NCBI GenBank assembly: GCA_010909165.1
Contig: MU008202.1
Location: 62,001-126,000 of the forward strand
Direction of reading: 5' to 3'
Source of the DNA: Anthoceros angustus
Taxonomy: Eukaryota > Plantae > Anthocerotophyta
DNA: 64,000 nt
Under the pieces are notes generated by a model. The model saw only the letters and a program-made list of their open reading frames with translations. It did not search any database and had not been told where the DNA came from. The position numbers were made by a program, and so were the translations under genes. Positions 49,510 through 62,524 of this stretch are shown piece by piece. Position 1 is the stretch's first letter; every line of letters begins with the position of its first letter.

Positions 49510-52500
49510 GTAACTCTTTCACTAAGTTGTAAACTTCAGCTTATTTTGTTTACCAAAAAAATTATACATATTTACTAGCTCAATAAATATCTTATACATC
49601 ATCAATATGGTCAAATCATAACAACTCCATATACTGAAATTGTTAGCTGTACCTAGTAATGTTTTCAGCTGACTCTACTATAGAGCTAACTAACATCAAT
49701 TTTGTAGATAAAGTTTGTTGGGCTATATATAGCTCACTAAAACTGTTATAAAAATTAACACCTATTATTTAGGTTTCAAGCATATACATACCATATAGAA
49801 TTCATTCGCAACCGTCACTTTCTAGGTTTTGTTTAGCTTTTCCATTTGGTCATTATTTAAAGCTAAATCAAGTATATTCTAGCTTATGTTGTTAAATCAT
49901 GAAGAGATGTTTCAATCCGGTGGTGATATGGGCAAATAGAGGTATGTATATACCCATACTAGGAATTGATTTTGTATCAGAAAAAAATTAAATGTCTGAA
50001 ATATTATCTTCTTGGGACACTCGGGTCACGCATTATTGAGCATAATATGTATAAACCTATTTTGATCTATAGTCCTTGCACTAATTTATGGTATCAGGTG
50101 ACAGATGTATCAGACAGAACGTGAATGATCATCCTGCAGAATATCAAACATAATCAATGTTCATGCGCAAAATGGACTAAAGTAACTAGATTATCTCACT
50201 ATATCCCATAATAACATCCAAAGAAATTGAATATGATGTATCCAAGATGAGTAATGATCAAGATGCATAAATTACTTTTGTATACCTCATATATTTCTTA
50301 CATACAATAAATTTTTTGGTTGCAGAAGTCTTTAAAAATATAGATCTCGTTAGTTTGTTTCAACCAAGCAGAAATGACGGACCGAGATCCTACCAGATTA
50401 TCACAATCGAATCGCACTAGCCCAAAAGAACCTGTTCACAAAAGACTTGATGTGAACAGGGATGTTAAAGGAAAATCTCACATTTCTCCTTTGCCGCCTC
50501 CCAAGGAGAAAAAGTTCAAGATCTGGCGCCCGTGAATTATTCCGGACTACAAAAACATTGAGACATGTATGTAGATTTTCCTTTTCTCCTCGCTAAAATC
50601 CTTTGCTATGCATGACGTGAATGTGCACTTAAAACAAGGATGATCAATTTGCTTGATGATGATCAATTTGAACATGTTATCCAGGAAAGAAAGCATGTTG
50701 ACAGTAGAATTCGCTTTAGACTTTCGAGCTCTTGAAACAGGAATGTGCTATCTTCTTGTACATGATCCTGGAGATCCGGTTCTTACTTGTTCCAAACATT
50801 GTCAACTGAACAGTGCAAGTATTAGACTTGAATTTCGTATAAGAGGGAATATACTCACCGTGTGATGAAATAATTCTTTAAAATTTAATTGAATTGTTGG
50901 ATGACAAAACAAGATTTATGCAAGTGTGATTCTTCATATGCTCAACAACAAATAAGTATCTTGAGCCAACAAGACCTGTGTCAAGGGAGTTGTGTAGAGG
51001 GTGACATGAGTGAAATAGTACTCTTTGTTACACGTATATATAGATCATTGTGACTTACTACATATATCAATCAATTCAGATTGAAAAAGATTTTTGGAAT
51101 GCCAAGAAAACATTTTCCATTATTCTTGAATTGGATGGGATTTAATCCTTTTAGTGGTAACAAGAGAAATTCAAGGCCCGGCAAGTTCAGCTTTTTTAAA
51201 GTGATGAACACCAATTTCTTTGAAGATAGAAAAATGAGGAGAAGAAATCAAATGAAACCATTATGTGCACGAGAAAAAATCGTGTTAAAGAAAACTTCTG
51301 AAAATATCCCCAAAACCCCCACACCGTAATTGGAAGTATTGCATACGGACATAGACGTCTGCATTCAATAAAATAGCTTGTAATAGGTAATATTATCCTA
51401 TCATGTCCTAAGCCCACAATAAGTACTTATCCTACTGTTACTCATGATATCCACCCACTACCTACTGGATATCTAGCTGCCCTTCTAAATATTTGTATGC
51501 AGGAGGGTTTCTAATTAATAGAAAAGATGGTACATTTCATGGACTCCGTTCCGCCTAAAAAACAGCTATTTTTGACTTATTTAGGTTTTTAAAAATCCGT
51601 TTTAAAAACAGAGTGCCTTCAACCTTGCGCATCCTCCCATGCTGCCCACAACTCCGTCCTTAGTGGACTTGAATGACATTCTTCTTCTTCTTCCCACAAC
51701 TTGCCAGCAGTGAGATGCAGAGACCGCCAACGGGAGCGTGGACTCCGGGACCACGACATTCCTCCATTGCACAAGGGAGGACGCGTCTAGGGCTAGGCAG
51801 GAACGCATGGGAGGTTTCTTTTGGTTTTGTTTCCGTGAATTTTTGGACAAAATTTTGTCCATAATGATCCGTCGTTCTGGGTTAAAACACTAGTACTGAT
51901 GGGGGATGTCATCTGGCCCCGGCGTCTCAATCTGCGCAGCGATAAATGCTTCGGGGGTGCCAAATCGTCCGTGGCATCCCAGCTGAGGTATATTCAACCG
52001 GGAAATTTGATTTCTTTTAAGTTGGAGCGACGCATCGGCTGCAAGCCCTGCACACGGAAATGCAGCTTCATCGATCGCACACTGCACCGTACACATGCAC
52101 TTAATTGTTGGATGCATGCGTGAATTGCAGCCTGCAAATGCCAGACACAGGTCTGGAGTGTGGTGTGTGCAGATGACTCCTCCTCTGGTCAGGACTAAAG
52201 ATGGTGTGTACAGAACCAGAAATCTATGCTCTGGCAAAGCACACTGTGACCATATCTTTTTGGCCTAGCGGCCTCTACGTTGCGCTAGGGTCCATTCCCA
52301 GTACTACTACTACCGTCCCCTTGCAGCCAGGCAGCGTTTCTACGTAGTCACTCATCCTGTTCACTCCACTGCGGGTTTTCACTATAAAACTGCACAGAAA
52401 AACACTCTCCTTCCTAAAGCCGACCTTGCCGTAGAGTGCACAAGGCATACATGAAGTCCCTGCCTTGCCCTCAGATTTATTCGATTGAAAAACAGGCATT

Positions 52501-52932
52501 CTGGTGCAATAGGTCACCGTTGCTCCATATTGAAGACTAGCAGCAAAAGTCTGGCTGGATGACCGGATGATGGGAGGATGAGATTGGTTGTCTAGTCTAC
52601 TCTTTGCACTTATTTGTAGGAACAAATTCTTCCAGTACCGCAGTGTGCTTTCAGATACTTAGTTGCATTCCGTGAGCTTGCGTCTTGCGTCCATTTGGAA
52701 GACCCTGTAAAATGACTAAGCCCATATACATCCTCATCCCGTTTTCGGTCTCTATGCTCGGGAAGAGTCGAGACATGAGCGGAATGTTCACTTTCGGAAG
52801 AGCCACTTCTTCCTCTTCGGCACTCCTTCCTCGTCCTCTGCAAGGCATTTTTCGAGTTTCGAGTTCAAACGTCAGGCATGACGTCGATGCTTCACAAGCC
52901 CTTTGTTTACATGTGAAAGCTTGAATTAGTAC

Positions 52933-53190
52933 CTCGACTCAATCGCTGAGCCCGCGCCACACATGCCTCTGTGACATGGCTCCCAGGTATGAGCATCAAT
53001 GGGTCAGAGCCAAGCTCTTTGCGACATGCTGTTTGCAAGTGGCGCCATTTCCTTGACTCGCCAAGATACTTGGCGCTTAGGCTCCAAAGCGTGTCACCCT
53101 CCTCCACTCTACCCCAATTCTCGTTCTTCTCCATCCTTGTGGCTTCTCTGTCTTCAGCGCCCACAGCTGCCAATCCAGCTGAAACACATC
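52933..53190 (-). CDS. Exon encoding a LysM domain; full gene model unresolved (probably ~52275-53700)
   Basis: Exon bounded by CAG| and |GTAC encodes VEEGDTLWSLSAKYLGESRKWRHL..LGSDPLMLIPGSHV, a LysM signature. Confidence 0.68.
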
Positions 53191-55129
53191 CTGCACATGC
53201 GCACATTGTGCATTTGGAATCGAGATCAGGTCTGGCAGCCGCGGCCTCTGGACGACGTGTTTAGTCAGAACACATTCTACTCTCAACGTTATCTTATGTT
53301 CAGGACGGAGTCCATTTGAAAAGACGGCGAGTACCTGGACCACAGGAGAATTTAGGGGTCAGAGAGAAAAGAGAACCTGCACAGATGGTCAAAACAAACT
53401 CATGGATCATATTTGACACACTTTGGCTCCGGGCCTAGGTGATGCAAGACTACAGCAGCTGATCGAATGACAGTACAGTGTGACCAGCCTTTCATTATTC
53501 CCTGCCGCAAGTAGAGGAATAAAAGGCGAGGAAAGGAGGAGGTTCTCTATCAGCTTCTTCTAACAGGCTAGCAAGAAGAAGCGAAGCTACAGGCAGGAGA
53601 ATTAAGAAGGTCGGTGTTTCTTTGCGTCGAGAGCCACATTCACCAAAGCGCTTCTTTGCTCTGAACTCTGACCAACAAACTTTCCAAGAAACACTACCAA
53701 TCTTGACTGTGGCATTTTTCCGGAAACGGAGCGATGGAAGGTAAATAAGTCAGGGGACCGACAGCCAATCGTCCACATTTCAAGCCTCAGCTACGAGCCA
53801 TGCGCTACAGCGCAGGCAGCGGCTTTGGCAGTCAGGCAGCATCTAAATAACCTGGCCGATTGCGAAAGAGAGGAACCTAAAAAGACAGCGGCACAGAGAG
53901 CAAAGCAAGACAAGACTCCAACCTGCATTGGCTCGCTCCAAAGATTTGGAGGAGCCGAATTCAATTTCAAAGACTACCTAGGCAGGCGACAAAGAGGCGG
54001 AGCAGAGGATAAAGAATCAACCGACGGCATCGGTGGCGGCGTTGAGCGTGGAGGCGACGACGCGCGCGGGAGCGGGAACTTCCTCCTTGGCCATGGCTGC
54101 GGGCGGGGCTGGCTGTTGCGAGTGTGGCGGCTTGTGGCGGACACCACCTGTAGGCTGCAGGCAAGAGGGCCGGGCCGGGCGCCGGGCGGGCCCGTCCCGT
54201 TAGTTGGCACAGGAAAACGGAAAGAAACTGGTGGTGGGCCACAGAAAGAAAGAGCGGATGGAAAGAAAGGGAGGAGAAAGAAAGGAGAGGTGCAGGAGCA
54301 GCAGAAAGCGGGCAGCAGAGGGCAGTCTGATGAGGCCAACAGAAACAGAAGAAGCAAAGAGAGAGCGAAGAGCAAAGCAAAGCAGAAAGCGGAGCAAAGC
54401 AAAGCAAAGCACGGAAGGATCTGGCGCGGGATTGGTTTGGCTCTCTCCATCCATCCAGGCTCGCTTCGCCCCGGCAGCGAGTGCCGGGTCCTGATGCACC
54501 GCGCCGGCAGGGGCAGCGGAACCTGGAAGCCAAGACGCTTCAATTGGAGACTGTCCGGTGCTGTCCTGGCCCGTCCGGCTCCCGTCCCATCCACGATTCT
54601 TCCGGCTGTCTCATGGGGCTGGCCGCCAACCGCAAGCCGCAAGCCGCAAGGCGCCGGGCGGCCGCGGATGGCTATGGACGGGGAGGTGGTTGGGCAATTC
54701 CGTTTCCTGCACCATTCTGTGGCTCCTGGTGTGAGCCGGGGGAGGCGCACGCCCTGTAGCTCGGGCGACCGTTAGGGCGGGCAGGCGGGCCATTCCGGTG
54801 CGCAATCTGGTCAGCGTGGGCAGGTGGGGCAGGAATTCGGGTGCTGGGTCGCAGGACTCGGGGTGCCTTGTAATTGGGCGATGCTATGCGCATTCCCCGG
54901 CCTTTGATTGTGCGGGGCATCTGGTTCTGGCTCTGGCTCTGCACCCAGGGTTTATGACGGTGCGGGCGCAGTGGAAATTGAGGACTGGAATTTGAGGCTG
55001 GGCGAGGTTGGAAGCAAATGCTGCAAATCTGACACAAGTACGTGGAGTTGTCGTGTGGTGAGGTCGTGGGTTGTGGGTTGGAGTTGGACGCTGGAGGGAG
55101 TGGACTGAGATTGTGGGTTTGTTTTGCAG

Positions 55130-57761
55130 ATGAGGAAAGGTCAGGATCTGATAAATGCTGTCCTGCCGGATGAGGTCTTGATTGAGATCTTCAGGCGTTT
55201 GGATGAGCAGGGTGGCAGGGATGCACAGCAGACCAGTAACCGGGATTCGTGTGCTCTGGTGTGCAAGAGATGGCAGCGTCTGGAGGGTGCCAGCAGGCAC
55301 GCAGTCCGTATTAGCGCTTCGGGCCACCCAGATGCGTGTGTGAGGCACGTTGTGCTCAGATTCACGCAGCTGCTGGACGTCTGCATCGACGAGAGGTTGC
55401 CCGGGTCGTTCAGCCATCGGTCTCGAGTGCAGAACCATCTGCGGCGATTGCCTGTGCCCAGAATCTCTCGCCCAGCTGTGAGTGTATCTACTTCGTCAGG
55501 CAATGATCGGGAAACTTGTGCTGAGTTGGCGGAATTGGCTTCAGCTGTGTCACAGATTTGTTGGGCACGGTCGGGGCCTGATGTGTGGACTTCTGGATGC
55601 AGAGGATATGCCAGGCAGCGGAGGCAACTGGGTCTTCTGCGAAACGAAGGAAGCAGTCGTCAGTTGCACGAACGGAAGCCACTAGTTTGCCCATACATGC
55701 GTCGTTAGAGACATGGCACAATCTCACAGACACAGGCCTCTGTATGCTTGGGGAAGGGTGCCCGAGGCTGGAAAGGCTGTCCCTTATCTGGTGTTCAGCA
55801 CTCACAAGTATTGGTCTCGTCTCTGTGGCGTTGAGCTGCAGGAGCCTGAGAATCCTAGACTTGCAGGTAAGAATGATCTATTGGCCTTCACAAGCCCGGA
55901 CATGTCGGAAGATCTGCCACTGTTTCTCATCCCAAAGACGATTCTGCAGGGATGCTATCTCGGGGATCAAGGCCTTCTGGCAGTAGGGGAATTCTGTAAA
56001 CAGCTTGAAGAACTGAGCTTGCGAATCTGTGAAGCTGTTACCGACGAGGGTGTGGTGGCTGTAGCTTTCGGCTGCTGCAAGACCCTGAAGGCTATCAGTA
56101 TTGCAGACTGTGCCAGGGTGACAGATGTGGCTATGGAAGCTATTGGTGCTCGCTGTTCTGTCCTCGAAAAGCTATCTCTGGATTCAGAGGTCATAAAGAC
56201 ACAAGGTGTTTCAGCCGTTGCAAAGGGATGCACAAGATTGAAATCCCTGCATTTGCAATCTGTGAATGTAACGGATGAAGCTCTTGAAGCTGTTGGCAGG
56301 AACTGCATGATGTTGGAAACCCTTTCCCTGTTCAGCTTCAGAAAGTTTTCCGACAAGTGAGTTCCGTTGAATTGCCAAGAGGCTGAGGCATTCTTGGTAT
56401 GGATACAAATGATAACTCCCCCGGCTGTGCATCGCCGGATTGCTTAAATGACAAAGTTGTCTCCTGTCTTCAAAATGTTGCAGGAGCCTGCTCTCTATCG
56501 GAAATGGCTGCAAGGGGTTAAGGGTACTCACACTGAGCGACTGCTACTTCTTGAGTGATAAAAGTTTGGCGGCAATAGCAAGGGGTTGCACCGGGTTAAC
56601 TCTCCTGGAAGTCAATGCCTGTCACAACATTGGAACTCAAGGCTTGGAAGCAATCGGCAGATCCTGCAGGTGAAACACTTCTTTCACTGAGTTGGTTGGC
56701 TGCCATTCCCTGCCCCCGGAACTTGTGTACTAAATGGAATTCGATCCTTGGCACGCAGAGGCCTCTTAGAGCTTGTGCTGAAGTACTGCCAGAAAATCGG
56801 AGATGATGGTCTGATGGAGATTGGAAAGGGCTGCTCACAGCTGCGAGTGCTGCATCTGGTTGACTGCTCTGGCATCGGTGATGCCGCCATCCGTAACATA
56901 GCCATGGGTTGTAAGAACCTAAAGAATCTACACATCCGCCGGTGCTATCAGGTGTCCTAATTTTCTTCCTTCCCAAGTGGGTCTTTCGTGGGCCTCATGA
57001 GAAATTGCTGCTTCTGCGACTTCATCCCATTGCTGAACAACATTGCTTGCAGGTTGGAGACAAGGGTATGGTGGCAGTGGGTGAACACTGCAAGAAGCTT
57101 ACAGACCTAAGTCTTCGTTTTTGCGACAGGTGATTCTGACTGCTCCTCTGCCCCTGCTCTCTAGCATAGATCACGGCTCTAATGTGGACTTCTCACAACC
57201 TTGTTCGGACATGTTCAGGATCGGTGATGATGCACTCATAGGCATCGGGAAAGGGTGCCACTTGCTGAAGCACTTGAACGTCAGTGGCTGCTACAAAGTA
57301 GGGGATGCTGGAATCATCGGCATCGCCGAGGGCTGTCCACTCCTAACCCATCTGGACATCGGGGTCTGCCAGGTACGTCCGTTCGTCTCCCTCGCCCGCT
57401 TCCAAGTTGCCGCCAAGCATCGGGCATTTGACACGTCTTTCCTTGCTGCACTCTGTTTCTCCAGCATGTGGGCGACTACGGCCTGGCAGCTGTGGGCAAC
57501 GGATGTCCGCAGCTGAAAGAGATAGTGCTGTCGCACTGCCGCAAAATCACGGATGCTGGGTTGCGATTTCTCGTCAAGCGCTGCGAGATGCTGGAGTCGT
57601 GTCAGATGGTGTACTGCCCTGCTGTCTCGTCCGACGGGGTTGCTACCGTGGTAGCCGGATGCATTCGTATAAAGCAAGTTTTAGTGGAGGGGTGGAAGGT
57701 GACCGCAAGGACGAGACGGAGGGCTGCCTCAGTTTTGACAGAGCTCGGCATGGACCTGTAG
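55130..57761 (+). CDS. FBL4: F-box/LRR-repeat protein 4, multi-exon
   Basis: MRKGQDLINAVLPDEVLIEIFRRL..RDSCALVCKRW..DERL, many LRRs (xCxxITDxGLxxVxxxC), and C-terminus RARRRAASVLTEL-like (RTRRRAASVLTELGMDL*). Confidence 0.92.
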
Positions 57762-58259
57762 CGAGTGTCCATCCGGAAAGGATGCAAAAGAACCATGAGA
57801 TATGTCAGGAGCAAAACTGGATTGGATCCTCATCCTGTTGGACACCACACATATCCACACGTACTTCCGTTTGCATCTCAAAGCTTCTCAGCGCCGACTC
57901 TTCTCACGCCATTGGCCATCTCATCAACTCTCCCCAAGGCAGCAGAGACAAGCGAAGAAACCATCGCCCGTATTGCACCTGCCGTCAGACAAACACAGAA
58001 TGTGGGCCCCTGCAAGCATCCGGAGTTGCGGACGGCTGCCATTTACACATAGATTAGAATTGTTGGTTGGCTTCCTATGCATCTGTACAACACATGTGAA
58101 ACGCATAAGATAGACAACATAATATGCAGTATGAATCGTAATCTACAATGGACGCTGCGATATAATACAATATATAAGCTACAACATCCATCCCAACCCA
58201 TCCCATCCAGCCTCGCATCCTTGCTGCCTCGCTTCCATCCTTCCAGCCCTGTTTCAAGT

Positions 58260-59870
58260 TCACAGTGACTGGTGGCAAGACAGCAGCTGCTCGTTGCTGT
58301 GGTTCATCTGGGGAGGCAGAAACACTCGCACTTCCCTTTCCTCTGAATACACCTTGTGTTTTGGGACCATGATCTCCAGCCCTGCACATGCTGGAACATA
58401 GAAAGCTTTGAGGTCGGCATTCTCGGGGATCCTTGTGGACAGCACAATCTCCCGCACAAACTCCCCTGGTGGGCAGTGCTCGGGACTGGGATCTGTGAGC
58501 TTAAACGTCCTCTCTCCTCGAGTGAGAAACGGAGCCCTGGCTGTACTCACACAATGCAGCTTCACAACACCATTGGAAGCGGTATTCATCCAGGATACTC
58601 GAAGCCGGTTCATATCCACGAACGGCAAGCTGACCATGATGAAGTAGCCCTTGTCGTCCTCGTACACGCTCTTGGCTGCTGTGACAGGCCCGGAAGCGTG
58701 GCTCATGACCCCGTTGAAGTTGGAGAGCCACCAGGGTGGAGCAGAAGTCTGCTCCGTGTCCTCGCCGCCCGAGTACGACAGGCTGGAGGGATCCAGATCA
58801 GGCCCGTTGCTAACAACAACTCCTTTCTTCCTCTTCTTGCTGCCGCCGGAGAAGTCATCGTTGCTGTTGTGATTGTTGTTGTTGCTGTTGTTGTGCTGGT
58901 GGTTGTTGCAGTTGTGGCTGGCCAGCACCTTGGTCAGGTTCAGCGTGTCCATCTGCAGCTTGTTGTTCCTGGTAGGAGGAGGCGGAGTCTTCCTGTTGGG
59001 AATGCCGTTGGTGCCCACCGCCTTGTTAACGCTGGGGGAGCGGCCGTCGTAGTCCATCACCTCGCTGCTGTTGTTCATGTTGCGCCACTCGGAGAAGGCC
59101 TCGGCGTCCGGGGGGATGATGAAGTTGAGGTCCCGCCCTGTGAGCTCCATCCATCGCTTCCGCTCCTCGTCCGTGACGGAGTCCAGGCAGGGATCCCGCA
59201 CAACCTCCACTCCGTGCACGCACTGCGGATTGGACAGGCCCCGGTAATGCTTCCGCTGCATACGGTGGGAGCGGGAGAAGCCCTTGTCGACGCTGAAGGG
59301 GAACTGCGGCTCCCCGAACCTGGCGTGCCCATTCATGTAGCTCCGCAGCTGCATCTTCCCCAGCGCGTTCTCGGGCCGCTCCTTGAACGTCCACATGTAC
59401 ATGTTCTCCATGTCGTGCTGCACAAGGAACTGGTCCAGCCGCAGGTCGGACTTCTCCACCATCATCTTGCCCTGGCACTTATCCGTGAGCGCGGGCCGGA
59501 AGTAGTGGTTGAAGAAGAACCACGCCCCCCAGATGGTGTCTCCCCTGCGGTTCCAGCGCCGGCCCTTGGACGGCGTGATGCTCCCTGGGGAGTCATGGCA
59601 GTTGGTAGGCGCCAGGGACACCTCCAGCGAGTGCTGCGCTTCCGGAATGGGCACCGACAGCTTGGCCGCCCCCGTCCCCCACTGCCCCGTCCCGTTGCTC
59701 ATGATCTCCACGGTGAGCGGCAAGTTGATGTCCGGCGGCCGCCCCTGCACCATGGCCTGCCCCTGCACCTCGCACTCCTCCTGCTCCCCGTGGTGCACGC
59801 TGCTCGTCTCCATGGACAGTAGCGTGGACGGCCGTTCCATTGACAAGGACGTGAGCAGCGACTCCGTCAT
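58260..59870 (-). CDS. SLT1: SLT1/FYD-like HSP20-like chaperone superfamily protein, intronless, 536 aa
   Basis: MTESLLTSLSME, IWGAWFFF, DLRLDQFLVQHDMENMYMWTFKERPENALGKMQLRSYMNGH, RSHRMQRKHYRGLSNPQCVHG, GPVTAAKSVYEDDKG, PEHCPPGEFVREI. Confidence 0.93.
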   Translation of the reverse strand: MTESLLTSLSMERPSTLLSMETSSVHHGEQEECEVQGQAMVQGRPPDINLPLTVEIMSNGTGQWGTGAAKLSVPIPEAQHSLEVSLAPTNCHDSPGSITPSKGRRWNRRGDTIWGAWFFFNHYFRPALTDKCQGKMMVEKSDLRLDQFLVQHDMENMYMWTFKERPENALGKMQLRSYMNGHARFGEPQFPFSVDKGFSRSHRMQRKHYRGLSNPQCVHGVEVVRDPCLDSVTDEERKRWMELTGRDLNFIIPPDAEAFSEWRNMNNSSEVMDYDGRSPSVNKAVGTNGIPNRKTPPPPTRNNKLQMDTLNLTKVLASHNCNNHQHNNSNNNNHNSNDDFSGGSKKRKKGVVVSNGPDLDPSSLSYSGGEDTEQTSAPPWWLSNFNGVMSHASGPVTAAKSVYEDDKGYFIMVSLPFVDMNRLRVSWMNTASNGVVKLHCVSTARAPFLTRGERTFKLTDPSPEHCPPGEFVREIVLSTRIPENADLKAFYVPACAGLEIMVPKHKVYSEEREVRVFLPPQMNHSNEQLLSCHQSL

Positions 59871-60724
59871 CCCCTTCCTCCCTATCTCCCTTCCTTCCCC
59901 CTTCCCTTGCTCCCTTCCTTTCCTACCTGCTCTACCCTCTCGCCTTCCTTCCTTCCTTCCTCGCCTCGCTCCCTTGCCTGCCTTGCCTCGCTTTGCCCTC
60001 AGCAGCAGCGGCCGCCGCGGAGCAGAGCAACCGGAAGACGCTCCCGCAGGCTGAAACCCTTGTAGTACGACAAGACGAGGTTAAGAGAAGCGCAGATGCC
60101 CGCCGACACAGCAGCGTCCATATCCGGCGCTGGCAGCTCTGGTTCAAATGTAGGAGGAGATGGGGATGCAAGGACGGGGCTCCACTCGCAGCTCACGACT
60201 CGGGAAGCAGTCCCACCAACAGCTGAGGTGCGGCGCGCTTGTCCTGTGTCTGCTGCTGCCCGCTGTCGCAGAAGCAGGCATGGCGGAAGACGACGCACCC
60301 TCCTCTGGCTCCCCCCGCCACCATTGCGTCCGCTGCATGAAAGCTCCCTCCTCCGTCCTTCCTCCTACAAGCCTTCCCCTCTCCCCCCGCGCCCTCGCTC
60401 TAAATCCAGCTGTCCCAAACCTCCATCTTCCTCCTCCTGCACACTGTCAAGCAAAGCGCAAAGCAAGAGCCTTCCCTTTCCCCTCCCCTCCCCTCCCTTC
60501 CCTTCCCTTCCCTTCCAGCCCCGTTACTACACGCCCTGCACACACTCCACCCCGCCTGTGCAGCTTAACGCAGGCAACAAGAGCGCCGACCGACGGCGCA
60601 GGCAACTCGAAGCAGGCTTGGCAGGCTCCGTCGCGGGCAGGCACGCCGGCAAGCTGATGAGCGCGCGGACACAGATCTGCAAGTGCGCGTCGAGTCTCCG
60701 GCCGAGCGAGCGGTCAGGTCGGTG

Positions 60725-60832
60725 CAGGGCAGCGAAGGGCAGGGCAGCGAAGGGCAGGGCAGGGCAGGGCAGAGCAGGGCTGGGCAGGGCAGAGCAGGGC
60801 TTGGGCAGGGCAGGGCAGGGCAGGGCAGCGCA
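60725..60832. repeat. (GGGCA)n microsatellite upstream of SLT1
   Basis: Imperfect GGGCA array followed by (GGCAAA/GGCAAG)n. Confidence 0.9.
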
Positions 60833-61309
60833 AGGACAGTCTGATGTGAAGGGCAAAGGCAAGGGCAAGGGCAAAGGCCAAGGAAACTGAAGCGAAATGA
60901 AGCGAAAGGAGAGCCAGCTGCAGGCCCGACCCGCACCTTATCTCCGCCCTTCTCGTCCTCCTCGAACCCTGTCCCCGTTGCACAACGCTCATACATTTAT
61001 GTATCTACAAATCGTAAGTTTTTATTAGGGTTTTCCTCGTGAGAAAAACAGTCTGATCAAAGAAACGGCACTAGGCCGTAGTCAACTCAAGCCGTAGAGA
61101 TTACAAAGATGGCTTAGGATTCCATCGGAATTGGAATTGGGCGTTGGGGAAGAAAATCTTGCACATTACCTTGCACTAACGCCTCTGTGCTCTAGATGCA
61201 AGCTGGGATTAAGGGAGACCCCAAGGTCACTATAAGGAAGGAATAACTAAGCTCTATGTGTACAATCACCTACACCTAAGGAGATTGGATAGCCTACATA
61301 TTATTGAAC

Positions 61310-61632
61310 TGGCCTACATATTGCTGAACTAGTTGCCTACATGTTACTGAACCAGTCGCCTACAATAGTTGCCTCCATGTTACTGAACCAGTCGCCTACA
61401 ATATCATAACTAGGGAGATTGAATGGCCTACATATTACTGAACTAGTTGAGGATGCATCTCTAGCCATCGTTGCTGTCCATAAGATATTCCCTACAAGTG
61501 CCCTTTAGAGGGCAATGAACACCGGCTACCCATCGCTGCTGTCCATAAGATATTCCCTATAAGTGCCATGTCCATAAGATATTCCCTACCAGTGCCCTTT
61601 AGAGGGCAATGAACACCACCGGCTACCGAAAG
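61310..61632. repeat. Nested short direct repeats, probably a transposon remnant
   Basis: GCCTACAT..TACTGAAC repeated ~5 times; TGTCCATAAGATATTCCCTA three times; GTGCCCTTTAGAGGGCAATGAACACC twice. Confidence 0.8.
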
Positions 61633-61924
61633 AACTCTGCGGAATAGGAGGGAGGTAGCCCCGCTCTATATCTCTTGTCATAAAAACATCCAACTAGGGC
61701 CATGGATTTCTAGGATACTATTGGGTACATTCAGCTCCAACCACTTGTTCCTAAGACTTCAACTTTCCCATGCGAAGCAGTCCCAATGGACTTGGAGTTG
61801 TCAGGTTTCAAACATGTATTTTTCTTGTGGAAGGTTTAGCCATAGGGCCCAAAACTGCCATTCTCATTATGTGCAAGGAAGGGTCAAGGTCATGCAAATC
61901 AAAGAAGAATGAACCCTAGAATAT

Positions 61925-62518
61925 CCAACCCACTCCAATCGAGTATGTTCACCCATGTTCTTTAACATTGTGCACAATTTTTGTATGACACTAAGTTAGG
62001 TTGCCACAAAAGTGGCTTGTAATGGTAAATTTTGCCCTCTACATTATAAAAAAGATTAAAAATTATAACCAATAGATTTAGTCAAAACTCAATAGAATCC
62101 TTTAAAATGCTTACAAACGCCTCAAGAAATTGGAGCCATTACCACCTGAGTACTCATTGGATGGTCCGAATTTTAGCCTGTTAGAAAGGCTTGTTTGTGG
62201 ACTATGTACTTGTTTTTGAGAAAAAGATAAAAATATTTTTGAGTCTAAGAAAAGCCCTTTCCAACACACTCAAAAACTCTACCATCGATCAATATCCCCG
62301 TACAATGGCTTCCGTTTCTTAAGGGGTTAAAGTTTTTTAAAAGATTCTTTCACGTTTCGACCAGATATATTGGTCAAAATTTTTCAATTATTTTTTTATA
62401 ATGTAAAGGGCAGAAGTTTCACAGAAGGCCATCTTAGTTAACATGAATTAGTGTCATACAAAAGATATGCCCAGTGTTAAAGAACATGGATTAAAAGACT
62501 TGATTTGAGTAGGTCGAA
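61925..62518. mobile_element. Non-autonomous element with long imperfect terminal inverted repeats (MITE/MULE-like)
   Basis: 61953-61994 CCATGTTCTTTAACA..TTTTGTATGACACTAA is the near reverse complement of 62448-62489 TTAGTGTCATACAAAA..TGTTAAAGAACATGG. The match extends weakly ~25 bp outward. Confidence 0.7.
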
Positions 62519-62524
62519 CAGGAT

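Noticed and set aside
58356-59822. 488-aa plus-strand ORF
   Set aside because: Antisense shadow of the GC3-rich SLT1 CDS.
59999-60121. 40-aa upstream ORF before SLT1
   Set aside because: It contains acceptor-like sites and may be intronic; no known conserved uORF peptide is recognisable.
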